Made by a program: the position numbers and the translations under genes
Origin: Cirrosporium novae-zelandiae
Lineage: Eukaryota
Direction of reading: 5' to 3'
Assembly: GCA_026023565.1 (NCBI GenBank)
Contig: JAPETS010000004.1
Location: 186,001-250,000, forward strand
Length of the DNA stretch: 64,000 nt
Part shown: one piece after another, positions 1 to 14,590 of the stretch
How the letters are laid out: each line of letters starts with the position of its first letter
Position numbering within the stretch: the first letter of the stretch is position 1
The notes under the pieces: model-generated
The model's database searches: none
What the model was told of the DNA's origin: nothing
What the model saw: the letters and a program-made list of their open reading frames with translations, nothing else

Positions 1-572
1 GGAGCACCATGGATGATGCAACTTAGCTATAATTGCAGAGCAAGTTTTTCGTAACCATCGACAGCCATGCACCGTCGGCAATCCCGTCAATCCCGTCCAG
101 ATAGGTATTGCCACTATCGACGAAAACTAGGAGATATATAACATGTCGAGGACTCCCATCAAAATAATAGCCGGGAGTTGAATTTCCCATATGCTCTGTC
201 AATAACTGTCGCCCTTGCCTCCAAAGCAGGGCTAGAAAGGACTATTCATAGTTCCTATGTGAAGGGTATTTTGGAAAGGGGAAGAAGGGAAAAGAATAAA
301 GAAGGGTAAGTGGTATATATCCTCTGGGAGTTTCCCTGGTATGCAAATGTGTCAGATAGAGTAGTAAATATCTTGTCAAAGCAATATATCTGTATGACTG
401 GCAATCAGCTTTTTGCAAATGCTAGTACAGGTGAAAATCCCTTGTTATCTCCATAGTGTCCAGAGAAATTCAACGAGTTGCAATGGACACTATATCATAC
501 ACGGATATGACTTCTTCAACTTCAATAGTATAGGTACATGGGTCTTCCAGGTCCCTAGTTTCTAGTCATTTT

Positions 573-1259
573 TTACCTTTCCTTTCTCTCAGCAACCTTC
601 CTCTTTGCTCGGACTTCGGCTTTTCTCCTCTCACCACCATCGATTTTTCTTTCTCTCCTTACTTCCCACAAGCCTTCTCTGACCCGTATTCTCCCAACTC
701 TTCCATCTGTTCCTTTAACAAGCTCTAGGCCTTTACCTGACAGGTTGTGCGAGCCCTGGATGTGAATATCTTTGACATGGCGGGGTTCCTGGCCTTTTGG
801 CAAAGGCCAAGGACCGTTGTATGGCATTTTTCTGGTTCCGGGACTTAGTGTCGCAGTCGCAATGATTCTTTTCCCCGATGCTATTCCCTTAGTGGGGACT
901 TCCACAACTCTAACCTCCCCTACTCCATTCTCAACAACTTGCAAGTCTCCACCAATACCGTATTCACCATTCCTGAATTTTTCTCTCCATCCGAGAAGAT
1001 ATCTCCGGGTCCGAGCAGGCTCGATCCCCAGATCTCGAAGTTGGGGAGAAGTGAGGGTAAAGAGGGCGGACCAGGAGGGGATTTTGGAAGAGTGTTGGGA
1101 GAGTGAGCGGCCGATTAGAGTGAGAAAGGACGCGACGTCGGGGACGAATGGTGTAGGTTTAGGAGGAGGTGGTGGGGTGATATGTTTATGGAGGAAGCGG
1201 CAGGTGGGTTTTGTGAGTAGACGGGGGAATTGGGGGTTTAGTCGCGGAAGTGGTGGCAT
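573..1259 (-). CDS. FYV4: Mitochondrial small ribosomal subunit protein mS41/Fyv4 (IGR domain)
   Basis: 228-aa ORF with an Arg-rich presequence and the motif PTPFVPDV..FLTLIGR..IPSW..LFTLTSPQLRDLGIEPARTRRYLL; C-terminal KIDGGERRKAEVR. Confidence 0.9.
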   Translation of the reverse strand: MPPLPRLNPQFPRLLTKPTCRFLHKHITPPPPPKPTPFVPDVASFLTLIGRSLSQHSSKIPSWSALFTLTSPQLRDLGIEPARTRRYLLGWREKFRNGEYGIGGDLQVVENGVGEVRVVEVPTKGIASGKRIIATATLSPGTRKMPYNGPWPLPKGQEPRHVKDIHIQGSHNLSGKGLELVKGTDGRVGRIRVREGLWEVRRERKIDGGERRKAEVRAKRKVAERKER

Positions 1260-1612
1260 GGTCGTGGTGAGTGGAGGGATGTCTTAGACAAGATGTTGCT
1301 GATATAACATTGGGACAGAAGAATCGCTTCTGTTCCTTCGACAGGTAGAAGGTGAAGCGTGAAGCTTGGAGTTTAAGAAAGCTGAAAATAAAAATGTCGC
1401 TTCCGGTTGTTGGTGTGTCCCCGATTGGATAGACCACTGCTAATTTAATTAATTACCTAGGTATGTATGTTTGCACCATCTGCACTTCAAAGCCCCCAAG
1501 GTACCCCCATCTATTCATCTCGATTTTCAAATTGGAGTGCATGGAGATCATTCAACTCACTAAGTCGTTCTTTTGTTCTTTTTGTATCTTATAGATGTGA
1601 TTTACTTACATC

Positions 1613-3047
1613 ATGGATGGAGACCCAGCTGTCGAGCCAGAGCTAGACTCGTTCAGTGTAGTCCTACCGCTTCCTTATCGAGTCGCTCTTATTTTGGTGC
1701 TGGGTAGGTCATATATATATTTTGCTAATGAACTCCCGCTAATGAGAGATAGGCATCTGGGCTTGGGGTGCTAATCTTCATTACCTCCACGCCGTTCGGA
1801 TTGTATGTTGAATTTTCTGCCCTTCCACCTAAAAAGCCCTAACAATAAATCAGGATGTCCCTTTCTTGATACGCTATCCATCTCGACCATCTTCAAGCCA
1901 TCTTTCGCACCATCAATCTGTCTATCGCCTCGCATCTCTCTTAAGCATATTGCTAGGCCTTTCGATTCTCATATTTTGGGCCTTAACCCACGGCTCTCCG
2001 TCCCTAGTTCTCCGATGGGAAATACTACCGCAATCCTACCTCTTCATTCTGTTCACTTCATTCCTGTTCCCATTGCGACGCTTGTCTTGGAGTGGCCGTT
2101 TACGGTTTCTCTCCGTTTTAAAACGTATCAGCGTCGGGGGACTAGCTGAAGCTAAAGATGGAAAGTTTGGGGACATTATACTCGCGGATACCATCACCAG
2201 TTACTCAAAAGTATTGGGGGATTTATTTGTATCAGGATGCATGTTCTTCAACCCCAAATACGAAAGCTCGACCATGAAACCGGATAGGAAATGTGGTGGG
2301 AATATCATGGTACCGTTGATTATTGCTATACCTAGTGCGATCCGCCTAAGACAATGCTTGATCGAATACATACGAGTGAGGAGGATGAACAAAAAAATGG
2401 GCATAATAGGCTCCTCAGGATGGGGTGGACAGCATCTTGCCAATGCTTGTAAATATCTTAGTGCTTTCCCAGTCATCATTCTCAGTGCTATGCAAAGGGG
2501 ATATGACCCTACTCAGATTGGGATGAGTGAGGCTGGTCTCTTTCGGTTATGGTATGTATCATTATCTCTTACGAAGTTCCATCTAACTGGATTTAGGCTT
2601 TTCTTCGTCTTCTTTAATTCCTTCTACTCTTTTTATTGGGATGTAACCAAGGACTGGGAACTCTCCCTTCTTTCACTCAACCCAGTGGTTCGAAACGATC
2701 CCGAATACCCTTACGGCCTACGTCGACACCGCTTTTTTCATACCAAGGAGATGTATTATGGCGCAATTATTATCGATTTCTTCCTTCGGTGTACATGGAG
2801 TTTCAAACTCTCCCCACATCTAGACCACTTCAACGATTTAGAGGGCGGGATTTTTATGATGCAGATACTAGAGGTTCTTAGAAGGTGGCTATGGATTTTT
2901 TTTCGGACAGAAGCCGAATGGAGTAGGTACCTAGTTTCCATATTATGGGGCCTATTTGCTAACGCTTGCATAGTACGGACTAATAATGGACCCCCTGCAG
3001 ATGACGTACTTCTGGGAGAATACCAAATCAAACGGGATGAGGACTAA
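1613..3047 (+). CDS. ERD1: EXS-domain protein Erd1 (ER retention / Golgi phosphate recycling), spliced
   Basis: ATG at 1613 (MDGDPAVEPELD); motifs KFGDIILAD..TSY.K, RLRQCLIEY, YSFYWDV..DW, EVLRRWLWIFFR.E.EW; two 5' introns plus 2552-2596 and 2923-2973. Confidence 0.9.
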
Positions 3048-6000
3048 TATACTGTATCATTACTCTGCGAGTGCAATACCTTTTCAGCCAGTGATTACTA
3101 TCACACAGAACTTACGAATTATATTATATTTTGAGCGCCCGTTCTGCTGCCAAGGCAACTCACATAAAAGCATCATTATCAACCTAATCCTTCAAGACAA
3201 TCCACCTAATAAGTTTTAATAAGAGTTTCCTATATATAGATACGTGTGACTCTAATCCCAAATTTGACTAAATTTCTTTGCTACGATCATTATCCTTTCT
3301 ACTTCTTGCTTGTCTTAAAGTCTAGCCCTAGTCGTCAATTTTTGTTTATTTAGGTATTCAAGCAAATGCTCAATATACTATTACTACAGACGTTTCAACC
3401 ACTCCGTCTTTGTATCGAGCGCTTTGTTTTTGGTTATATGTTATTTTTCGAGCCGCAAAATATAATAAAAGATAATAGGTAATTGGAACTAATAGCTAAT
3501 AGAGCGGTATATAAATACGTATTCTAGGCTCTTCATAGACTTCTAGCTCTACGTTCATTATCATTCCTTTATTCAATAGGTAAATGAAGTTTAATATTCA
3601 GCTCAAATGTATTGTCCTTTGCCGATTTTTCTTATTTACTATCTATCATCAAAGTGCTATGAACGGTAGTATGGAGAGAGATAATTGTGGAAGTTGAGAA
3701 TTAAACTAATCGATGATGTAAAAGAGATGGAAGTTATACACCAAGTAGGGTTCTGTTGCTTGACATCGCAGCGATATTGTTCAATTGAAGGCGGATAAAG
3801 TTCATGCATGACAACCCCAGAGATATATCCCCCCTGTTAATATTTAGAATAGTATAATCTTTTGTCTACTAGAGATTTTTCTATCATAGCAACTTTATTG
3901 CCTTCACGCCTGGATATCTCTTATAGGTTAGTTCGACTGAATCACACGCTCAGCCGCTTCTTGCTAACCAAGCTTTAGATAAACGGTCAATCACTACATT
4001 TCGCTAACCACTGAGCAATCACTTTCTACTCTAGTATATTGGTTTGTTTACTCACGTCTCGATAACATTCTAAGACAGCGATTGGTTTGGTGATGACATA
4101 TTACAAATTGGAGCTCCCATCCTAGTCTTGTCTGATGTATTGGTACTTTCCTAATAGCATTTTTGACTTCATAGCAATAAGCCAAACTGTTAACCTCTAA
4201 CTTTATAATAGAACCATCATCATCGTAAACGATGATCAAATGCTAGATCAACCTTCTTCATAGTCGCTCGATTGCTGTTTTTAGACTATTGCTATTGGCC
4301 CCCGATGGGTGAAGGGGCATACAAGACTCAATTTGCCAGTCCGCGGTTGAAGGGGGCTGAGTTCGAGGATGGGAACAAAACGATGATGAAATCGAAGAAG
4401 CTTTATGGCAAAACATGTCATGGGTCTTTCGCGAATGGATATCCCTGGGATATCTCGAAAGAGAAACTTGAAGGCTACCTTGAAATAGTGAAGGAGCCTA
4501 CTTCAACAATTGTTTTCGCCATTCCCAAATATACTAATGAGAATAATTCCGATAAGGAGGTGCAGGGTATTCACTTTATACGTTCCTTCAGATATATCCA
4601 AAACAACGGACGATGATGAGTCAAGAATCCTTTCTCCGAAACCACTGAATCTCCCATGTCCACACTCTTCTATATTATTGATATCTCCGTGATATATCCT
4701 ACACCAACCTTGACGAGCTTGGCGGTATTCAATACCCTGAGTGAGACTACCCGAAATGTACTGTACTGTACATCCCGTTCGGTCGTCGAATGGATTGCAG
4801 TCCACGCGGACTTCTCAAAGTAAAAAACATGCCTAGATTAAAACGAATGCCGAATGTTTAGCCATTAGGGAAAATATAGACTAAATACACAAAAGTTTCA
4901 AAGGGCTGGCCTGAAAGATGCATGGTTGCCATTATGAAGGAACCTTGGGAAGGTAGTTATGTACTCCCAAGTGAGAAGGGCAAAAAGGGTTTGGAATAGT
5001 ATTGTGGGCGCTATATTGAGAATAGCAAGAGGTTGAAATGTGAATAGCAGGTCTTGGTTTCTGGTAGTTGAGCTTGAGGGACTCATTTAAGTTGGAGGGC
5101 TTACACTTTTCTAAAGCCGGATAGACGAAAGAAAGGGATAGCCGAATTGTCACATGATTTTTGGTCCTGGGCTTCAATGAACGATGCCCAGTTCAAGCGG
5201 TTCTTGGGTTTAGTTCCGATGATATAGAAAGGTATTAGATGATATATTCTGGGACATTCATACCGATGACTAAGATGTTTCTTATGACTGGAATTTCCTC
5301 TCGGATACCTGTCTGGGTGAACTTTGAGGTAATGCAATGTATGGCGGATGTAAAAGTATTGAAAGTAGTGAAAAAAGAATAAGACGCTGAATTAGCTGAG
5401 GTGATTTAGCGAGAGGGGTCTTGGAGGCTTTTATATACATATGATGAGGGTGGCTGGCCCGCCCGCCTCCCTTATGTAGAAGTCTCGGGGATCACTGGCC
5501 TCAATAGAGAAGGTGGGTAGACTCTCAAGCCACTTCAACACAAAGCATCTAGTACTTTTTGTGGATTCAAGACCGGCCTCGTGTGATGTATGGTATAGAA
5601 TAGGACCGGCCTGGAAGTTGATAGGTCATTCGTGAAACATTACTGTTGTTGGGGATTCGATTATATTTTCTCAGCCGAGCGTGCATAAAGTACACTGTTA
5701 TTCCGGAAAACGGTGATTGGTATCTTCACAAAGACCAAAAAAGCAGTCTTCAGTGTGATATTATAGGACAACAGATGAAACCTTTTTGTTATTGCTGTCT
5801 CCAGTATGATGGGTTCGAATAGATCTGGCAGTAGTGACTGACAATTATTATGTAACAGGTCTCAATTGGGTTTCCTGTCTTTAACTTGGAAGCTTCTGGC
5901 TACGAGTGAATAAATGGCTTTTCTTAGTGATTAGCTTTGGCTTTGAGATTAGATTCAATCACATGTGAAGTTTTATGTTTTATTCTATTTTATGTTATGT

Positions 6001-6449
6001 CAAGCTCATTATGTACATTAGATTTGAGGTGAGATGATTATTTGTTGTTGGATGAACTGTGTAGGTACGGAGTAATAGAATGTAATCTATGTAATATAAT
6101 TGGTATTGATAATGTCATTTAGGTAATAATTACAACCGTAGCGTCAGCCTCGTGACTTCTAGACTACATAATAATATGATTCACACATTCAACACACTTT
6201 CAATTTTGATTCTCAACTACAGATAGAAAACCATGATTCGAACTCATATTCATCAACAACTCCGAAACTGATCATAATCGGGAAAAAAAGAATCATACTT
6301 CTGAATCTTAGGTACATCCAAATGGAGACTTTTTAACGTCGATTTGCATGGTCTCATGTGAATCGTGTCACTTTTTCCATGGTAGCGAACCCACAACACT
6401 CTCCCCCCAGGTTCACTCCCTTCAAGCCTCCGGAACGCATTCATCGGCA

Positions 6450-6494
6450 GTGGGGTAGAAAGTGGGGAGTCTGGGGAGTCTGGGGAGTCTGGGG
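6450..6494 (+). repeat. Tandem 9-bp TGGGGAGTC repeat; five GGGG tracts, each matching SYGGRG
   Basis: GTGGGGTAGAAAGTGGGGAGTCTGGGGAGTCTGGGGAGTCTGGGG read directly from the sequence. Confidence 0.85.
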
Positions 6495-7068
6495 AAACTA
6501 CAGGAAAGGAGGTAGACCAAATCAGCTAGCCTTGTTTACCCCAATCTCTGGATTTTCTGAGTCTGACTATTGCTGAGACTGCAGAACGTGAATATGCACT
6601 CTGCCCCTCAAAACTGAACTTCTTTCTTGCGTCCTCGTGTTCGCAATATCTCAGATTCAAAGGCCCCGGTCCAATCCTGCCAAGTTACCTGCTGTTTAGT
6701 CATTGTTGTTCATGTTGCATCTGCAGTATCCCCAACTACATGTGATGAATCCCTTAGCTGAATGCGTTCATCTAGTTCGAAATAATGTTCCTATACACAT
6801 AGGAATCGGAAGATGGCGGATTTGTTGTCTTATGACGTGGTAGTATAGGTATCAATGAGATACATGGGGTGCAGGCATTCGATCTAGGACAGGATATAAA
6901 CCTGCTAATTCCACCACAAGGTCTCCATCTGCACATCCCATCCATCTCAACTATCTCATCATCTATCTCACCATCTATCTCATCATTTATCTCATCATCT
7001 TTTTTATCAGCTCTTTGATCAGCTCTCTGATTATCTTTGGATTATATTCAATCAAAATAAATTCCACA

Positions 7069-8735
<1,667 letters not shown>

Positions 8736-10500
8736 TTGAGTTATACTGGTCGAAATCCGGGGCTGGGTGTCTTGTTTGGGTAGTATGTGATTCTCCAACA
8801 GAATCAACCACCAAACAACGGGGCGGATTAGAGCATGAGTGACAGTGGAAATGAGAAGCACGACAGAGATCTATGAGAAAGGATGAAATTTTTTTTGGAA
8901 TTGATTCAACATCATTCCATTTCATCCATCTTCATCATCATGATCAAAAGCAAAAAGTCATTGTTTTTCTTTTACTAATAAAAAAATTCTTTCTACTTCT
9001 ACTTATTCCATAGTTTAAAAACAAAATTTAATATATTGATTTTTATCATTTTTTTCTTCTTGCTTCTGTAAATGATTATGAGGGGGCGAGGTATTAATTA
9101 GTATACGGCAACGACAATGATAAACCTAATGGTTCACTCACTCACTCGCTCTGTTCCAACTACACACCCATCCCACCGTCATTGTCAGGCAGGTATCCAT
9201 CTCCAAGAACAAACAAAAGACTAGATTAGCTAACTTATCCCACCCCATCCAACTACAACCTAAAAGGTCGACTAAACAAATTAACCATAGCCGTAGAATA
9301 ACCTCCTAATTAATAATGACCGGGGGTCTTGTATAACCACACTGGGGATTGGCTGGTGAAAAGTTGTTGAATTGACTGTGCTTGCGCTGTAAGCCCCGCA
9401 TACACATACACATACACATACATATATATATATATGCGTAATCAATAACACTCCCTCAACCAAGACAAAACCAAAAATATTCTTCAGTTTTTTGCCTCTT
9501 TTAAAATGTATATCGAGAGAATTTAGGGAACCCGAGAGGCGGGGGGTTCTTTGGAGAAAATTAAGTCTGGATAGCCATGATAATCATGACCATGGGGGCG
9601 CAGCTAGTTTCGAGGTATGGTTATTTTATTTTTCGAAGTTTTGTGTTGGTGGGTTGGTTGGTTGGCCAGTCCATTCAACATTGCTTGCGCTACTGTTTGT
9701 CGTTTTAATTTTGGTTTGGAGGCTGTTGTGACCGACCTCGGGTTGGAGGCGATGATGATGGCATTGTTGGACTTTGGAAGTTCCTCAAGTTCAACCTGAA
9801 GATAGTCGCCGTCTGTCCTTGCCATGGATACAAGCCTTGGGATAAGGAATCAATATTAAGATAGCCATTGCTTGAAGGGACTCTCATGTTATTTGTAGTT
9901 AGTTATTTTCAAGTCAGTATTCAGCTTTGAATGTTGCTGGACTGAGGTGGAGTTAACAAGGATACTCATCCTTTAGTCCTATTTAAATCTGATTAGTATG
10001 ACCGATGTGATAATATTGCGGAAAGGCTTGAAATTTTTTCTGCTTAAATTAGGGGCAGTAATTAACTAATTACTTCATCCGATTGATAAATCGACCCCCG
10101 TGGGTGGCACTGGACTTATAATAGTCCTTGGGCCTGAATATTTCCCTGAATACGAATTATAGAAAATACCAACTCCATTGTTTCCAAGCCTCTTCAACAT
10201 ATGGAATTCTTAAACTTATGCACACCAATTGAAGAATGGAGTGTAAGATATATGAATAATGTCCTGTTTTCCTTTCCTAGCACTAAAGGCCTTCCTAGGG
10301 GTATGTCATTGCAGCATTATAGAAGATTTTATTCAATCCTAAGTCGCAGTGACAGTTAGTTCATGTTCGAGATTATAAAACTCTCCAGGGCACTCAGGGA
10401 TCCACTTACTTTTCGGATATGTCGATCGTAACAATCATAAAAACCCAATTAAACCCCAAATGTCCAAACATCCAAATAACTAACCAAACTCTCTCATCCA

Positions 10501-11007
10501 CTATGCAAACATTTGCACCAACTTCACCAAGCTCTGGAACACTCCCCCATTATCCTCTCTCCGGTCAACGTATGACGAATATCTGTCATAATCTCTGTAT
10601 CCATAATCTCCTCTTCCTCCATACTCTCCTCTTCCACTGTACTCTCTTCTTCCTACTCTTTGAACAGGGGCAGTTTCTGCGCCCATAAATTTCTCCAGGC
10701 TGTTGGGTAGCCTCACTCCTAGGCTTCTCAACCAACTGTGGAGAGCTCCGCCAGTGATCAATGGCATGATGACAAGCATAAAGACCTTATAAGGATGCCT
10801 TTTAGCATAGTAGTAGAGGTCGCGAAGCATTCGTTTAATTTGAGTGAGCAAGCGCTGAATATAACCGTCGCGGGGTCGTCGCTTGTAAAACGAGCTACTA
10901 GCGGAGTGGGAGTTTGGATAGAAGTAGTAACGACTTGAATTGCTATAACGGCTGGAATTGCTGTGGCGACTTGTGGTACTGCGATTGCCTGGATGAAACC
11001 AACCCAT
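10501..11007 (-). CDS. Conserved fungal hypothetical membrane protein
   Basis: ATG at 11007 (MGWF...); YKRRPRDGYIQR..YYYAKRHPYKVFMLVIMPLITGGAL pattern with one hydrophobic segment and a Gly/Tyr/Arg tail. Confidence 0.75.
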   Translation of the reverse strand: MGWFHPGNRSTTSRHSNSSRYSNSSRYYFYPNSHSASSSFYKRRPRDGYIQRLLTQIKRMLRDLYYYAKRHPYKVFMLVIMPLITGGALHSWLRSLGVRLPNSLEKFMGAETAPVQRVGRREYSGRGEYGGRGDYGYRDYDRYSSYVDRREDNGGVFQSLVKLVQMFA

Positions 11008-13879
11008 GATGAATGAAGAAATATATTCTTTGTAGTTTTTGAAAGAAGGTTGTTCTGAAGGAGGATATATGGTTGCAAAGGTATAATTGAAGAGATAGAT
11101 GGTTAAATGGTGGGGGTGGAGAGGTTTCAAGGTTATCAAGGTGGTTTCTGAGATAGATAGTTCCGATGGAGGTTGATAGAAGGGAGCTCTCACCGCAATT
11201 AAGTTAAATGTTAAATAGGATGATGGCGTGGATGGGAAATGAACGAAGAGGTTGGGCTGACCCTGAAGAGGTTTACCTCCAATTAAACCCCCCAGTTACT
11301 TCCCAGTAATAGTTGCTCTCAGTTGCTCTCACTTGGTCCCTGCCAAGAGAGCCATCCGGAAGAGATTCCGATGCCTTTTCCTTTACGAAAGTACAAAGCT
11401 CCAATATAGCAATAGCCTGAAAAAGTCATTATCATCCAACGCATCCTACAATCATGAAACATTCTTCACCCAAACATATCAATTCAATTCGAAAAAAAAA
11501 GAAAAAAATTGCTTTGAAGACTGTCGATCCTTGGGTTGTTGGTGGAATTTTTAGTCCAAGTGGAAGCGTCTCCGTTACATGCAGAAGGTGGAACTTTCTT
11601 ATATGGGGCCACTGTTCACTCTATCAATTGTGGCTTCTGTAGTTGGATGCAGATGTGATGAGTTGGCGCTATTGCGCTACTGTCTTCATTGCATTTGATT
11701 ATTCACATTTCTCCACACCCGAGGTAAGCTGTGCCTGAAAAGCTTCATTGGATGCCCTATGAGTCTCGGCCCTACTGCTTGTTTGAAAATTTAGAACTGC
11801 TTCCAAAGTGACTGAGAAGAAAGCTCTTCAACTTCTAGTAGTTAGTTTCTCTTTGCCCGACCTTAGAGCATTAGTTTTGAATTTTTGACTCTTGATTCTT
11901 GATTCCTGAGAGAGTAAGTAGTCTGTGCGTAGCATTTGTATCCATCTTTCACACCATCGCCGTCCTTGCATCCTCGCACCATTCCACGATACCGTTAGCC
12001 CTTGGGAAATGGTCTCATGCAGACGCTCTGACAATAAGGCAAACCAGCTAAGCGTTCAACTTTCTCCAGGCGGCTTATCTATCATAACCCAACTCTTCAA
12101 GTTCTCTATATCCGTCTATGAACCTAACCAGATCCAGAGAAGACAAGCTTGGAGAGGAGAGGTGAATTTGAGACTATGGGCTTGGGAACGAAAGCTCTGC
12201 ATGAGATTAGAAGACGGATTCGGTCTGAATGCGGAGAGAGATTCAAGGATTCAAGGATCCAAGGAATTAAGGCTCACCGGATAACGATTTTGAAAGCTAA
12301 TCATAACCTCTCATGAGTAAGTAATGTGAAATGTGGATATCTGTCTAAGATTTCATCTCAATTTGCAGCATGAGAAGGATCTAGATGGTAGGCCAAATGG
12401 TAGGTCAAATGCATTTTTTGAAGTGATGTGGTCAATACTGCATATATTTCGAAAAGCTTAGGCAACCTTCTGTTTGAATTGCACTCCAAGATTCAATAAC
12501 TATTCCAAGTTTCAACCATTTTTCAAATGATACCGCCTTTTAGCTTTGTTTCATAAATGTATTAGTCCAAGTCTTAGCTAACATTAGCTAACTTATCCAC
12601 ATACAGCTCACTTTTCTATCAAACATTGCTTCTTACAATCCGAACTTCTGGCTATCCAGCTTGGCCATGAACCCAACATCTCTCATAAGTCTAGAATCTG
12701 CTTTAGTCAAAAAGGTCCCTCACACCCAACGAATGAATCATCACCATGTAGCAGACAAGCTTGGAACCCCTTCCTACCCAGATGCCCAACTTTGCATTCA
12801 CTGTCGGAACTTGCCTCTCCATACTGTTATCATATCTTTGCAGTTCATGGGAGAGCCTTGTTGAATTTCTTCGGAAGGACTTCGGTGTCGAACTAAACAT
12901 TGCCTGACTAGTTGAGCTGTCATTAGTGGAACGGGCTTGGACATTCCAGGGACAGCCTCATATCGAATATTGGTAGAACAATGCAAAGAATTATGTTTTC
13001 CATCGATGGCTATATCGCCATTGCCAATTTCTTCAAAGAGCTGTGTTGAACCTGCGTACACTCAGCCCTAACCTTGAACTGAGCCTGGCCTTACCTTGTG
13101 AATTATGCGCTTTTCATCAAGGGCTACAATGACTAGAGGCTACCTACGGCTTTCACGTCCAAGAAACAGCTATCTGGTATGTTCAAACAGACTGGAAGAA
13201 GCCCGATTTTTACCAAATTCGCAGCCACGATGATATTGTTTAAACCAAGACACTTGATATCTATTCCCAAGACCCCTCTTACGATATAAATCCTCCTCTA
13301 TCAACAACATCCCAGACCCCACACCAAAACAACATCACATAACCAACAGGAGGAAATACTGCTAGAATTTTAGATACACGCACGGACAAGTACGCACGAC
13401 ACACACGGCCCTACTACCCCCATAAATCTCAAAATTCTAACTTACTCGAACTTTGATTTACGACCAATCCACGAGACCAGCTCAAGCCCAGAATATTCAG
13501 GTAGGAGGATTCCAGCAAAAAATTGCAAATGCAGGTACTCACTCCTTTTTTTGTTGATTGACAATTGCTCCCAAAGAGAGTAGTACCACTATACTACTAT
13601 TACGGGGCGGAAAGTGCAAGCTCCCGCCCATCATAATCCATCCACCCCCTGAATGCCAGCACATACATACACACTACCCGTTCACGTGGTTACCCATTAG
13701 AAGGGCCCTCCTATCTATAACTCGTGACGGACAGGAACGGGACTGAGGAAGCCCACCTGAAGCCCTGCGCACTATGGATCAAAGAGGCGATTGACAATTG
13801 CTATGACGTTTCTCCTAGACAGTACAGACAGCATGGCTACAGCAGGGTAATTATTTTTTTGTTTGACAACACCTCCTCC

Positions 13880-13999
13880 CCTTCTTCTTCTTCTTCTTCT
13901 TACCCTTCCTCTTGGGGCACCCCGCCTCCCCTCCCTCTCAATAGTTCCTCTTTACGGAAAAGAAAAACTCTTGTTGTTGTTGTTGTTGTTGTTGTTGTT
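13880..13999. repeat. (CTT)n and (GTT)n microsatellites
   Basis: Runs near 13882-13900 and 13971-13999. Confidence 0.9.
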
Positions 14000-14590
14000 C
14001 TATATAGGTTCATTCCTTATCCTAATTTTTATTCATGTTGACATGTCGACATCTCTGGCGTTCAAGAATAATCCTCTCTGAGAAGCAAAATGTGAGCATG
14101 AAGCTGTAGATGAGTGTACTATATTGTACAGTATGTACCTTACTTACTTTTATAACTCTCAACCTCCGATATCTAGATATCCACACCACCTATCATAGCG
14201 CGCAAACAGTCTTATATTATATAAACAGAGATAAAATGGTAGAAAATGAACTCATTACCTCTATTTATTCATCCATCCATCCATTGGCGATACTTATTAT
14301 ACATATACATATACAATTACCCGCTATTTCTATATTACGTTCACTATATTAGACAGTGATGTGAATGGGTAAATAAGCAAACTACGTTCTTTTGAGCTTG
14401 GTTTTGTCTTGGCGAGGAAGAATGGATTGGAGATAATTTTTGTAGAAAATGAAAAAAACTAGTTTAGAAGGTTTATGTGCTGTACCTAGTTCTATCCAAG
14501 TACGCTGCACATCATGATTGATACAAAAATTGCGCCTCCACCCCCATATTATCCTAAACTTTCTATCTATATATGTCTATTACATGCGAA

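Noticed and set aside
772..1287. 171-aa plus-strand ORF, and similar antisense ORFs over PYC, VHC1, GDB1, DAHP synthase and HIS1
   Set aside because: Shadow frames of well-supported genes on the opposite strand
3480..5450. Short ORFs (4272-4616 +, 5101-5337 -) in AT-rich DNA
   Set aside because: No recognisable motif or consistent exon structure; may be decayed genes but cannot be supported
9604..9887. Small minus-strand ORFs below a TATA-like site; considered as pheromone or peptide precursors
   Set aside because: No CAAX end, no KR-separated repeats, no signal peptide
11400..13250. Coding-like but stop-ridden region
   Set aside because: Could be an old pseudogene, but no family motif was recognisable
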